A stretch of 64,000 nucleotides of DNA from assembly GCF_009914755.1 (NCBI RefSeq), contig NC_060929.1; one strand, written 5' to 3'. Below, one piece after another: positions 42,850-56,745 of this stretch (its first letter is position 1; every line of letters begins with the position of its first letter). The stretch comes from the human T2T-CHM13v2.0 reference genome, Homo sapiens. The notes beneath the pieces are model-generated. The model was given only the letters and a program-made list of their open reading frames with translations. It was not told the origin of the DNA and did no database searches. The position numbers and the translations under genes are program-made.

Positions 42850-43072
42850 CCAATATCAAATAAACCTGCACCTGAGTTCTGCCGTTTATTTAGCTGTGTG
42901 ACCTGGGGCAGCCTCTTTAAGTCTCATCTTCTCATCTTTAAAATGAGAAGAATGACTGTACCCAACTCACAGGGCTCTCCTGAGGATTAAATGAGGTGAA
43001 CCATGTGCAGTTCTTAGCTCAGCACTTGGAACCATCTAAGTGTTCAATGAATATTTTCTGCTGTTATTATTG
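42850..43072 (+). mobile_element. MIR
   Basis: tagctgtgtgacctggggcag...tctcatcttctcatctttaaaatgag...gaggattaaatgag core. Confidence 0.75.
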
Positions 43073-44009
43073 GCTGTTTCCTCCACTTGATTTATAAGCT
43101 TCTTGAGATCAGGGACGGTGTGTTCACCATTAGATCTCCAGCCCCTATCGTCAAGGCAGACCAGAGTGTTGAAGTGAAATAGATGCATCCCCCCATCATC
43201 CATTTATTCTTTGGATTTCTTCCTGACTCACTTATGTGCATGCATGTATGTGCACGTGAACACACACACACACATACACACACACAAGCACACGACTCCC
43301 CAGACTGATTTGCAGGCAGGAATTAGTAAAATAACTGCAAAAGTTTAAACTAAAAAGTTTAAATTTAAAAAAACATATACTAATGGTGTGGCATCCCATG
43401 ATAATTCAATAAAAGGAGTGTAATTTCTGGGCACAATCAAGAGACCCAGAATGAATCTGTGCTATATAATGGTGTTCACCACAGATGATGCTGTGTATAA
43501 TGACAGATCACTGGAAAGAGAAGAGCCAAGAGGCTTGCCAATAGGTTTTGCAGTAGTAATGTGAGGAGATGCTTATGACCTGCACTGGGACTGTTCAGGA
43601 AGGGGAAGAAGTCTGAGAAATGTTAGTGTAGACAGTTTTGATGGGCTATATATATTTTATTAAAGTTTAATATATCTTATAAACTGAGTTATCACAGCTA
43701 TATGTGAAAGGCTAGGTTAATAATATGATAATGATCTCTGTTTACAATTAGCTAAGTATTAGGTGTCACAAGATATCTGACTGCGAAGAACCAAAGAGAG
43801 GGGACTAGATGTACTTCAAAGATGGGCTTGTCCAGCCCTCTGGCCTCTGGAGAGGCATCCCCTGAGCATGTTCCTTTATGCCTCACATCATTTTGAAAAG
43901 GTCTTGAGGCAGATCTCTGGCTGTACTGCAAGTACAGTACATGTCTGGGCTCCATTCAGGATAGAGTTGAAAGGAGATTGGGTTTTTGGTCCACAGGAAA
44001 ACTGGTACC

Positions 44010-44070
44010 TTTTTTTTTTTTTTTTTGAGATGGAGTCTCGCTCTGTCACCCAGGCTGGAGTGCAGTGGTA
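44010..44070 (-). mobile_element. Severely 5'-truncated Alu (about 45 bp plus tail)
   Basis: T17 followed by gagatggagtctcgctctgtcacccaggctggagtgcagtgg. Confidence 0.88.
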
Positions 44071-44577
44071 TCATTTCTTGGTGTCTAGGACTTATTTATG
44101 GCTGCTTCTTGCCCATTGACACTCTTCTACTGCCTGGCTGACTTGTGCCAGAAAGAGACAGTTTTATAGGATATAGAAAATTCCAAGAATGGAAAGGCAG
44201 GAAGGTTAGGATCAAGGAAAGCACCTCCAAGATGCTCGAATACTTCCCTGTTGCTTTATTTCACTGACTGTGGTCACTTCTGCTATTTTCTTACTTAAGA
44301 GTTCTTTGAGACTTCCTCTGACACTGCTCCAGCCTTGCTAGTATAACATGGGTCCAGCTGCTGGAACTGACATTCCTGGGGTGATTTTCATAGGAAGCAA
44401 CTTGGACCATATCCAGGACTACACTCAGCTGTATTGGTGCTATGATCATGTATATGTTTCAGAATAGTTTCCAATGTGGTTCAATTCAGCTAACTTTTTT
44501 TTAGTCTTGATTACTTTTTAGACACAATGATTATAATGCTTTATTCATTTATGTTGCAGTACTGGGTTTTTCCATAG

Positions 44578-44925
<348 letters not shown>

Positions 44926-45797
44926 GAGATATTTTTGTTCAAATTCAAATAAAGATTATGGGTACTCAACTCAGCCTTTGGACAATTACTGCTAATAATT
45001 TGAAGTTGTCACCAATGATTTATATATTGTTCTTACCAAAGTATGGTTTAATCCATCTAAGAAGAAAGAAGGATATACAAATTTAAGCTATCCCTTCTTC
45101 CTTCAATATCTGTAGGTTTTTAGGCAACATATTACTCCCTTCCTACCACAAAGCTATCTGATTCAGAAACAGGGTGACTTTATCCTAGATGTAGATGCTA
45201 TGATGTATTATTTGCCAACATTTTATGTGCTTAAAATAATATGAGAATGGTAGAGTGAGGAGCTCAGCAAATTTCCTTCCCCAAAACAATGACAAAATTG
45301 TACAAAATTATCAAAACCAACCATTTATGAACTCCTGAAATCTAGCACAGGCATACCAAAATAGAAAAGCTTTTATTCAGGAGAAAGTACTGAACCTAGC
45401 TAGATAAGAACAGTGGGTGTCTATGGCATTTTAGCCTGAGACTGCTCTTGTCTCCTTACCCCATCTCCTTTAGTATGGGCAAAGTATGAAAACCATCAGC
45501 TTTGTTGTCAGGGGGCACTGACTTTGATTTGGAGCACAGTAGAATGTGGGAAAACCTCATGCTGTTGAGTGTTGTTGGAAACATTAGCAATCTCAGTGGC
45601 AAACAGCAGGGAACATCAACATTGCAACTAGCCTGAAGTTGTGATTCTGGGTGGGGCATGGAAATAAAAAACTCAACAAAGGAATTAGAATTAAAATGGT
45701 ACATTATGAAATATTTATTTAACACTAAAGAAGGCATAAAGGACAAGCAAAGAAACAAAAAGATGCTAGACATCATGATAAGTAAAGATACCAGCAT

Positions 45798-46288
45798 TGT
45801 AATGCACCCCCAGTATGTCTATATCCTAAACGGTGTGATCCGTGTGTATGTTACCTTACATGGCAAAGGAAATTAAGGTTGCAGTTGAAACTAAGGTTGC
45901 AAATCAGCTGATCGTCAGATAGGAAGATTACTCTGAATTATTCAGGCAGGTCCAATATACTCACAAGGATCTCTAAAAGTGGAAGAGGGAGGCAGAAGAG
46001 TCAGTGTCAGATAATGCAATGTGAGAAAGACTGGAGTGGCCATAGCTGGCTTTGGAGGATGCCATGAGCCAAGGATGGAGGGCACCCTCTAGAAGCTGGA
46101 AAAAGCAAGAAAATGGATTCTGTCTTAGAGTGTCCTGAAAGGAATGCAACCTTGCTAGCACCTTGCTTTTAGCCCAGTGAGATCTGCATCAAACTTTTGA
46201 CCCCTGGAACTGAAGGATAATAAATATATGTTGTTTTAAACCACTAAATTCATGGTAATTTGTTATAGCAGCAACAGAAAACTAATAT
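45798..46288 (+). mobile_element. MLT1D-like MaLR solo LTR
   Basis: tatgttaccttacatggcaaagg...tctagaagctggaaaaagcaag...atttgttatagcagcaacagaaaactaata. Confidence 0.8.
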
Positions 46289-46888
46289 GGAATGAATAGA
46301 AAGCAAATAGAAAAATGGCGGATATAAATAGAACCATATCAAATTCCATTAAGCATTAATTCATGGAAAATGCAAATCAAAAGGTAAATATTGTCAAACC
46401 ATATAAAAAAGAAATATCTAACCATATGCCATATATGAAACACATTTTCAATTAAAAGACACAAATAAATTGAAAGTAAAGGAATGGAAAAAGATATTCC
46501 ACGTAAAAAAAATTCATGAGAGACTGGAGTGGCTCTACTGATAAAATAGACTGTAAGACCAAAAAAAAAAAAAAACTTATTAACAGCAAAGAGCGGTGTT
46601 TTATAATGAAAACACAGGCAATTCTTCAGGAATATATAATAATTATAAATATATGCATCTAACAACAGAGCCCTAAATACACGAAGCAAAAACTGACAGA
46701 ATTGAAAGGACAAATAGACATTTCAGCAATAATAATTGTTAACTTTAATACCCCACTCTAAATAATTGATGAAATAACTATACAAAAAATGAAAAGGATA
46801 TAAAAGAGCTTGAACAACACTATCAACCAACTTGACCTAATAGACATATATAGAATACTCCATCTGATGAAAGTGTATACATTTGGGG

Positions 46889-47208
<320 letters not shown>

Positions 47209-47371
47209 TAAGCCATAAAATAAGTCTTACTAGATTTTAAAAGTCTGAAATTATGAAAGGTATGTTTCGAGAACACAGTTAGAAATTAATAATAGAAATA
47301 AACTTGAAAAGTCTCAAATATTTAGAAATTAAACAACAAATTGTTAAATAACTCATGGGTCAAAGAAAAAA

Positions 47372-47705
47372 TAGATATTTCTTTGACATACTGGTTTCAT
47401 TTCCTTTGTGTATATATACACACAGTAATGGGGTTGCTGGACCATATGGTAGTTCTATTTTTGATATTTTGAGAAACCTCCACACTGGTTTCCATAATGG
47501 CTGTACTAATTTACCTTTTCATCAATAGTGCACAGAGTTCCCCTTTCTCCACATACTTGCCAGCATTTATTATTTTTTGTCTTTTTGATAATAGCCATTC
47601 TAACTGGGGTGAGGTGATATCTCACTGTGGTTTTGATTTGCATTTTGCTGATGATTAGTGATATTGAGCATTTTTTTCACCTGTTGGCCATTTGTGTGTC
47701 TTCTT
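47372..47705 (-). mobile_element. Inverted L1MA-like internal fragment inside the + strand L1M
   Basis: Antisense L1 motifs (ttgctggaccatatggtagttctattttt...atagccattctaactggggtgagg). Confidence 0.8.
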
Positions 47706-48208
47706 AAGAAAAATTAGAAAATGTTTTGAAACAAATGAAAATGAAAGCACAATATACCAAAATATATGGGATTCAGTTAAGTAGTGTTTAGAGAGAAATG
47801 TATATATTTCAATATCTACATTAGAGAAGAAAAATGATCTCGAATCAGTCATTTAAGTTTCCACCCTCAGAAATTATTTTTTTACTAACATCTTTCACAA
47901 AAGACACCCTCAGAAATTGGTAAAAGGAAAGCAGACCAAACCCAAAGCAAACAGAAGTAAGGAAATATTAGAGCATAAATCAGTGAAATAGAAAACAGGA
48001 AAAAACATTAGAGAAAATTTTTAAAAAGCCAAAAGTGCTGCTTAAGAAGATCAACAAAACTGACAAATCTTAAACTAGATTGATCAGTAAAAGACAAGAT
48101 AAGACACAAATTACCAAAATCAGGGATGAAAGCAGAAACATCACAACCAACCCTACAGAAATTAAAATAATTATAAGGAAATATTATGAACAACTTTACG
48201 CAAACAAA

Positions 48209-48700
48209 TGTTCTGTCCAACCAAACCCATGCCCAAAACTGGCAGCAGTGGAGTCCCATAAGGAGCTACCCCAGACCATCCTGATATAGAAGCTGGTTAG
48301 GATTCCAAGAAAGAAAGAAGCACTGAACGCTAGGGTGACTGGTCTAAAGCATTTATTAGGAGATCTTACAAACAGAGGGCTTCAGAGTCCTCTCAACAGA
48401 TAGAGAGACAGGAGATGTTCTGGCCAGGTATGTCTATAATGAGGGAGTCGGGTTATGGAAATTATATGGGGGATTAGGGAATTTGACTTAGGGCTCGGGC
48501 TAGTTTCTACATTTTAGCAACATGTTTGACCTTTCAGTGTTTTGGGCAACAATCTAAACAACTTTATCTTGCCTGGGAATGTTCAAGGCCTAAGTGTGGG
48601 TTCAAGCCTGCAGCAGAGAGCATGCAGCTATGTCCAGGTACTTTATGTTCCCCTGTCAGGACAAAGAAAGAAAGTTGAGGGGGAACTGAGGGTCCCTACA
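48209..48700 (-). mobile_element. Solo LTR (492 bp, TG...CA, 5-bp TSD ACAAA), family not identified
   Basis: Interrupts L1 ORF2; acaaa at 48204-48208 and 48701-48705; tttatt (antisense AATAAA) near 48352. Confidence 0.72.
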
Positions 48701-49707
48701 ACAAATGAGATGAAATAGATAAATTTCTAATAAGATACAAATGATCAAAACTGATTCAAAAGAAGAAAAAAAAAATCTGAACAGAGCTATAATAAAGAAA
48801 TTGGATTAGTAATTAAAATTTTTCCCAAAAGAAAACCTCAGACCTAGATGGGCTCACAGGTCTTTTCTACCATTATTTATTCTTTAAATGTTCTACCCAA
48901 TGTTTAAAGAATAAATAATGCTGATCCTTCACAAAATCTTCCAGAAAATGGAGGAGAAAACATTTTTTGATTCATTTTATGAGGACAGCATTACCTTGAT
49001 ACCAAAGTCAGACAAAGATACAAGAAGAAAATTACAAACTAATATCCCTCATGAGTAAAATGCAGAAATTCTCAATAAAATATTAGCAAACCAAATCCAG
49101 CAACTTATGAAAAAGTTTAACACCATAACCAAATAGGATTTTTCCTAGAAATGCAAGGTTGGTTTAATATCAGTCAATTAATATAATACATCATATAAAT
49201 AATAAATGATAAAAACCGTATGATTATCTTAAAATAGATAAAACATTGCAAAATATTTAATACCCATTCAATAAAGTAGGAATAGAATGAAAATTCCTTA
49301 GTTTGATAAAAATGCATCTATGAAAAACCTGCAGTTAACATACATAGTGGTGAAAGACTGAATGCTTTCCTCCTGATGTAAAGAACAATATCAACGATGC
49401 CTGCTCTTGCCACTTCTATTCAACATTGCGCTGGAGTATCTTTAAAATGCAATAAGAAAAAGATAATTTAAGGTAGCCTGATTAGAAAAGAGGAAGTAAA
49501 ACTGTCATTATTCATAGATGACATGAAGCAGTTTGTAGAAAACCTTGAGAAACCCACAAAAAGCCCCTACTCAAACTAATAAGTGCAACAAACGAAGGAT
49601 ACAAGATCAATATATAAAAATCAATTGTATTTTGTATATTAACAATGAACAACCCAAAAATTAATAAAACAATTCTATTCACAACATCATTAAAAAGAAT
49701 CAACTAC

Positions 49708-49995
49708 GGCTGGGCGCGGTGGCTCACACTTGTAATCCCAGCACTTTGGGAGGCTGAGGCGGGCGGATCACGAGGTCAGGAGATCGAGACCACGGTGAAA
49801 CCCTGTCTCTATTAAAAATACAAAAACATTAGCCAGGTGCGGTGGTGGGCGCCTGTAGTCCCAGCTACTCGGAGAGGCTGAGGCAGGAGAATGGCATGAA
49901 CCCAGGAGGCGGGAGGTTGCAGTGAGCCGAGATCGCGCCACTGCACTCCAGCCTGGGTGACAGAGTAAGAGTCTGTCTAAAAAAAAAAAAAAAAA
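49708..49995 (+). mobile_element. AluY-lineage element (AluYc3/Yd-like) with 16-bp TSD aaaaagaatcaactac
   Basis: 12-bp left-arm deletion (gagaccacggtgaaa), ctcggagaggc, gaatggcatgaacc; TSD at 49692-49707 and 49991-50006. Confidence 0.88.
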
Positions 49996-50187
49996 GAATC
50001 AACTACTTAAAAATACATTTAACAAAAAAAGCTAAAGTCCTATAAAGTACCAAACATTGCTGAGAGACATTAGTGGAGAGATATACCAAGTTCGTTGACT
50101 GGAAGACTTAATATTTGTTAAGATGGAAATTTTCCCAAAACTGATTCATAGATTCAGCACAATTCCTATGAAAATACCAATAGCCTT

Positions 50188-50551
50188 TGTATTAGTCTGT
50201 TCTCACACTGCTATGAAGAAATATTCCTACCTGAGACTGGCTAATTTATAAAGACAAGAGGTTTAATTGACTCACAGTTCCACATGACTGGGGAGGTCTC
50301 AGGAAACTTACAATCATGGCAGAAGACACCTTTTCACAGGGCAGCAGAAGAGAGAATGAGTGCCAGCAGGGGAAATGCCAGATGCTTATAAAACCATCAG
50401 ATCTCATGAGAACTCACTCACTATCACGAGAAGAACATGGGGAAAACCGCCCCTGTGATTCACTTATCTCCCACCAGGTCCCTCCCAATAGGGTTTATGG
50501 GGATTACAATTCAAGATGAGATTTGGGTGGGGACACAGCCAAACCATATCA
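50188..50551 (-). mobile_element. THE1-like (THE1C/D) MaLR solo LTR
   Basis: tgtattagtctgttctcacactgct...gatgagatttgggtggggacacagccaaaccatatca. Confidence 0.88.
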
Positions 50552-51856
50552 GGCTCATTTACAGAAATGGACAAGCTGATCCTTAAAGAAAAAGTACAGC
50601 TTTAAATACAAATATTGGAAACCTCAGCTAGCTTTGTTTTTGGTAGGGTGCTAACACTTCTGTGGAAATGCAAAGGACTCAAAATAGCCAAACCATCTTG
50701 AAAAAATAAGAACTATGTTGGAGGACTTATACTTCCTGCCTTAAAACTTACTATAAGACTACAGTTAGCAAGATAGTACAGTATTAGCAAAAAGATAGTC
50801 ATATAGATCAATGGAACTGAATTCCAGGATTCTAGGAATAAATTCTTACATTTAAAGTTGTTGATTTTCTGTAAAGGTATCAGTGTAATTCAGCAGGGAC
50901 AGTGGTGGTAGGGAAATTGGATGGCTACATGCATAAAGATTAATCCTAAATGTTAAGAGCCAAAATTATGAAACTTTGATAAGAAACATAGGAGAAATTG
51001 TTAGTGGATTGGGTTGGGCAAAAATTTTTTACATACAACACCAAAAGCAAGATCTATAAATTTTAAAATTTGATACATTAGGCTTCATCAAAATTGGAAA
51101 CTTTTGAGTATCAAAAGACACCCTCGAGAAAGTGAACAGACAACCCATAGAGAAATAGGAGAAAATATTTGCAAATCATACATCTGATAAGGAATTCTAT
51201 ACGAAATATATAAAGAAGTTTTACACCTCAATAATAAGATAACCTGAGAAAAAAGAAAAAATGGGTGGAAGATTTGAATAGACAGCTCATCAAAGAAGAC
51301 AAATGAAACATGAAAAGGTGTCAATGTCGTTAGTCATTAGAAGAAATACAAATTAAAACCACCATGATATTCCCATTAGAATAGCAAAATAAAATTGACA
51401 GATGGTGACAAGAGGCAGTAAGAATGTGGAGAAACAGGAACCCTCATACATTACTGGTGGGAACGTAAAATGGTACAGCCACTTGGAAAACAGTTTGCCA
51501 GTTTCTTATGAGGTTCAACATAAGCTTACCGTAGAATCTAGCAATTTCATTCCTGGGTACTAGGTGTCTGCCATGAGAAATGAACCCATATGTTCCTACA
51601 AAAACCTATACATGAATGTTTATAGCTCCATTATTCATAATGGCCCCAAATTAGAAACAATCCAAATGTCCATCAGCAAATGAATGGATAGTCAAATGTG
51701 ATATATTAATACACATGAATATAAATGTGATATATTAATGTATAAGCAATCATGCTATATATTAAATGTGATATATTGCAAAATGTTCTGCAATAAAAAG
51801 GAATGAATGACTGGGACATGCTACAGCATGGATGAAACGCAAAAATATGCTAAGTT

Positions 51857-52056
51857 AGAGGTTGGCAAATGTTTTTTTAAAGGGTCAGGTAGTAAATATT
51901 TCAGATTTGTGGACAAGATGGTCTCTGTTGCAACTTCCCAACTCTGCCTTTGCAGTGCCAAAGCAGCAACAGACAGTATATGAATGCATAGCTGTAGCTG
52001 TGTTCCGGTAAAACCTTATTTACAAAAACAGGCAGCAGGTAGTTTGCTGACTCCTG
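51857..52056 (+). mobile_element. MER58A-like hAT MITE
   Basis: gaggttggcaaa...aaagggtcaggtagtaaatattt...tagtttgctgactcctg; degenerate 8-bp TSD tgctaagt/tgctcaat. Confidence 0.8.
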
Positions 52057-52622
52057 TGCTCAATGAAAGAATCTGGATGCAAAAGACCACGTACTCTACG
52101 ATTCCTTTACGGGATGTTACATTAAATATCCAGAAACAGTAAATCTATAAAGACAGAAAACCGATTAGTGATTGCCTGGCTTGGGGGTGGGAACAGGGAT
52201 TGACTGCAAATTGGAACTAGGGGTATTTTGTGGGTGATTGAAACGTTCTATAATTGGATTGTGGTTATGATTGCAAAACTATAAATTTACTAAATATCAG
52301 TGAACTCTGTGTGGGTGAATTACATGGCATGTAAATTACACCTCAATAAACCTGTTAAAAAGAACATATAATTTCATTTATTTTTGTTTCTGTTGTTTTA
52401 CTGGCTTAGCCATTTTCTACTCATATTATTCTCATTTTATCTTCAGTGAAAGACCTGTTTTATTAGTGACTAGTGTCCATGCTAACGGCAGTGCCTAGGG
52501 AGTTTTATAAGAATCTTGGAACTTTGAATTCTCTTCAGAGCAAAAGTTGATATGTGTTAGGTGAACTCTTTTTGAACCCTCTCCCAGGGATCTTATTATA
52601 AGGAAAATCCTAGTTAGAACTA

Positions 52623-53575
<953 letters not shown>

Positions 53576-54939
53576 TCAGGGACTGTGGTTTTGGAGGTAG
53601 GTAAGAAAGAGCTTTTAACTGTGAGCATTTTCTTCCTGGCTTCCATAAAAGTTCTAATAATATCCAACCTATACTAGAGTAGGTAGATTAACTTATCTGA
53701 TGCTGAAGGAATTGTCCATACTTTCTGAGGATTATGTTGTCCTAAGAAGAACACTTATGTGTGAGGTTGTCACTGTGATCACCGGATTCACACCACCGGG
53801 TCTGAGCCTCAGATGGGTCAAGGACTCAATTTGAATTCCTGCCTAGGGTCATTGCATAACTAGTTGGCCACTGCACCTTAGCAAGACAGTAAGTTAGTAA
53901 AGCATAAAACTCTAGGCATTTTTGATACATAGGCAAGCTCTCCTAGAGCTGCAAATTATCTTGCTGGTGACAGAGTTGGTCATACTGAGAGAGAAGGCCT
54001 CCTGACGGCTGGTGCAATGGTCTGCTGATTTGGTTTCATTTCACTCATTGGAGAGCATTTCTGAGGTATGACCTTGAAAGAAAATAGCCTTTTTCATCAT
54101 CTGGGCTGATGATGGAGAATAAGCTGTAATGAACGACCTCACTGTATGATTGAGATGCGTTAAATCCTTGCTCTCCAGTTCTTAGAATCTTCAGGAGCAA
54201 GAGGCAATGATGTATCCCTCAGGAGAACATGCTATCTACCAGTCATAGAGTTTGTATAGTTTGCTAATATTACTAGACATTCTACAGCTGCAGAGGATCT
54301 CTTAGACAATATATAAATATTGTTTGTCCCTAGTGTAGCCTCTTTCCAGCTTGTATACAGAGATTCCCATATATGAACTTTAGTGTGCAAATGATTTGAT
54401 GCCTTGTTAAAATCCTCATAATGAAGATGTTATTAATATAAACATTGTTGGCCCCAAGGAACTCATTGCCAGCCTTTGTCCTGTATGCATTATCATCTTC
54501 TATTTAAATTCTTTTATTTTGCCAGTCAGACCGTTTTTTTTTTTTCTGAAGCTACAAAAGAATGATCCCTTGTAGTAATTGGTTCTCATTTAAAGGGGAG
54601 GTTAGATTCTGCCAGGCAAGCATAGACTGAGGCAGGCTTAAAACGCGTAGCCTAACTGTTTTTTAAATATGGGCTCAGTTAATAGGGGTTCAGCACACAC
54701 AAAAGATGGGCTCAAAAGTGCCTGATTTACTGAGGAAGGTACTCAGAGTTGAGAAAGAAGCCTCTGCACAAATTCTCCTTTGCTCTGCTGGAATTTCTTT
54801 TTCTTTTCTTTGTTGGGGGTGGTGGGGGACATGGGGGGCAGTGGTGAGAAGTTGATTGTGAGAAGTATGAGTATTTAAGTAGAAATTATGCAGATCAGTT
54901 AGAAGGCAGACTTCAGCCCTCTGGGGCTGGTACCTCTAA

Positions 54940-55267
<328 letters not shown>

Positions 55268-56519
55268 ATGGAATGTGCTGTTTTAATTGAGTGCCAAGAC
55301 TTGCCAGGGCACTGACTCCCTTGTTTGCCTCTGACATCCGACAGGAAAAAAGCAGCTCCTGGTTTCTAAGTGCAAACATTGAGCATTGCAGGCTGATTCC
55401 TGAGCACTGGGTGTTTGTCACGTGCTATCTATTATCCATTAAAGTTTGGTTTGGGGGAACAAATGAGCTAATTTCCGTGGGAAGAGATTTGTTACAGGAA
55501 ATTGGGTATATAAGAAAGAAGGGCTGGAGGAGTAGGCTCCAGGCTGGGCATCTAGGAATCACTTCTGGAACACCGTGTGCAATTGGCCCATCAAGGGGGC
55601 TGCTGTCTCTGTGGTGGGGGGCACTGGGAAAGCAGGACATCTCTGCTAGAATTGCTGGCCTCAAGAAGACATCAAATTAGCTGCAGTCAGTGATCAGGAA
55701 GCTGCCGCTGCCCCTATGGGAGGCTGCCTCTGCGGAGGCTGCCTCTGTGACTCCACACCTGGAGGCTGCCACCCTATTGCAGGAGAGTCCTAGCCTCTAC
55801 AACCACCTGCCAGCTGAGACAGCTGCAGCAGCAGGAAAATAGCCTCCACCTCACTTCCGTCTTCTGGGCCTTGATACTCCATTTGCACTTGGAACCTGAG
55901 TTGCAGGAGAGCCTAGGAAGTGCGATTTCTAGCTTTTGAGCCCTCACGCCCCAAAGTACAGAGAGGAACGCTTCTCTGTCTTAGTGCTTTACCTGTCTTC
56001 AGTTATGCTTATGAAAGAACGTCCATTTTTAACCATCTTAATTCAAATATATATATTTGAATTAAGGTATAAATATATTGGGGAAATGTGCATAAGTGAA
56101 ATAGCCAAATAGGTACATAAGGTGCTCTCACAAATTTAAATGCAACTCTGCAGACCCCCCAAACTCACTACTTTACAATATCTTCAGGCAAAGCAGTTTT
56201 TGTGCAACATGTGGTCTCGCTACAAAAGAAACATGCAATTAGAGGGTTCTCGTGAGATCCAAGTTTATGTGCATATGGGTGTACATCAAGTTCTGTGCTT
56301 AAAATAAGTGGTCCTTTATTTTTCTGACCTGGGAGAAGTACAGATGTGATATATGTCCCAGCATGAGATGCTGTATAATCAGAGAGCTAGACTGGCCACT
56401 ACGCTGGGAGGCATTTACTCATTCAAGAACCCTTAGAAGGTGGAGAAATTAGAAACCACGACTGATGTGGTCACATCATCATTGATGTGAATGGAACCTG
56501 GTGGTATTGTGCAGTGCAA

Positions 56520-56745
56520 AAATTCTCTTACTTCATGAGGTTAGTGTGGGTGTTAAATGTGTTAATATGTGTAAATTGCTTAGAACAGTTCCCGGCATAT
56601 AATAAACACTACATAAATATTAGCATTGTATTGTTACTATTTTCCATAAAATGGGGATAACTCTGACTTGCAGACTTGTGAAGCTTAAATGAGCTTAGTC
56701 CCTGGCATAAGTAAACACTGAGTGATGTTAGCTATAAAATAATTA
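56520..56745 (+). mobile_element. Two MIR 3' fragments
   Basis: tgtgtaaattgcttagaacagttcccggcatataataaacact and aaaatggggataa...cctggcataagtaaacact. Confidence 0.6.
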
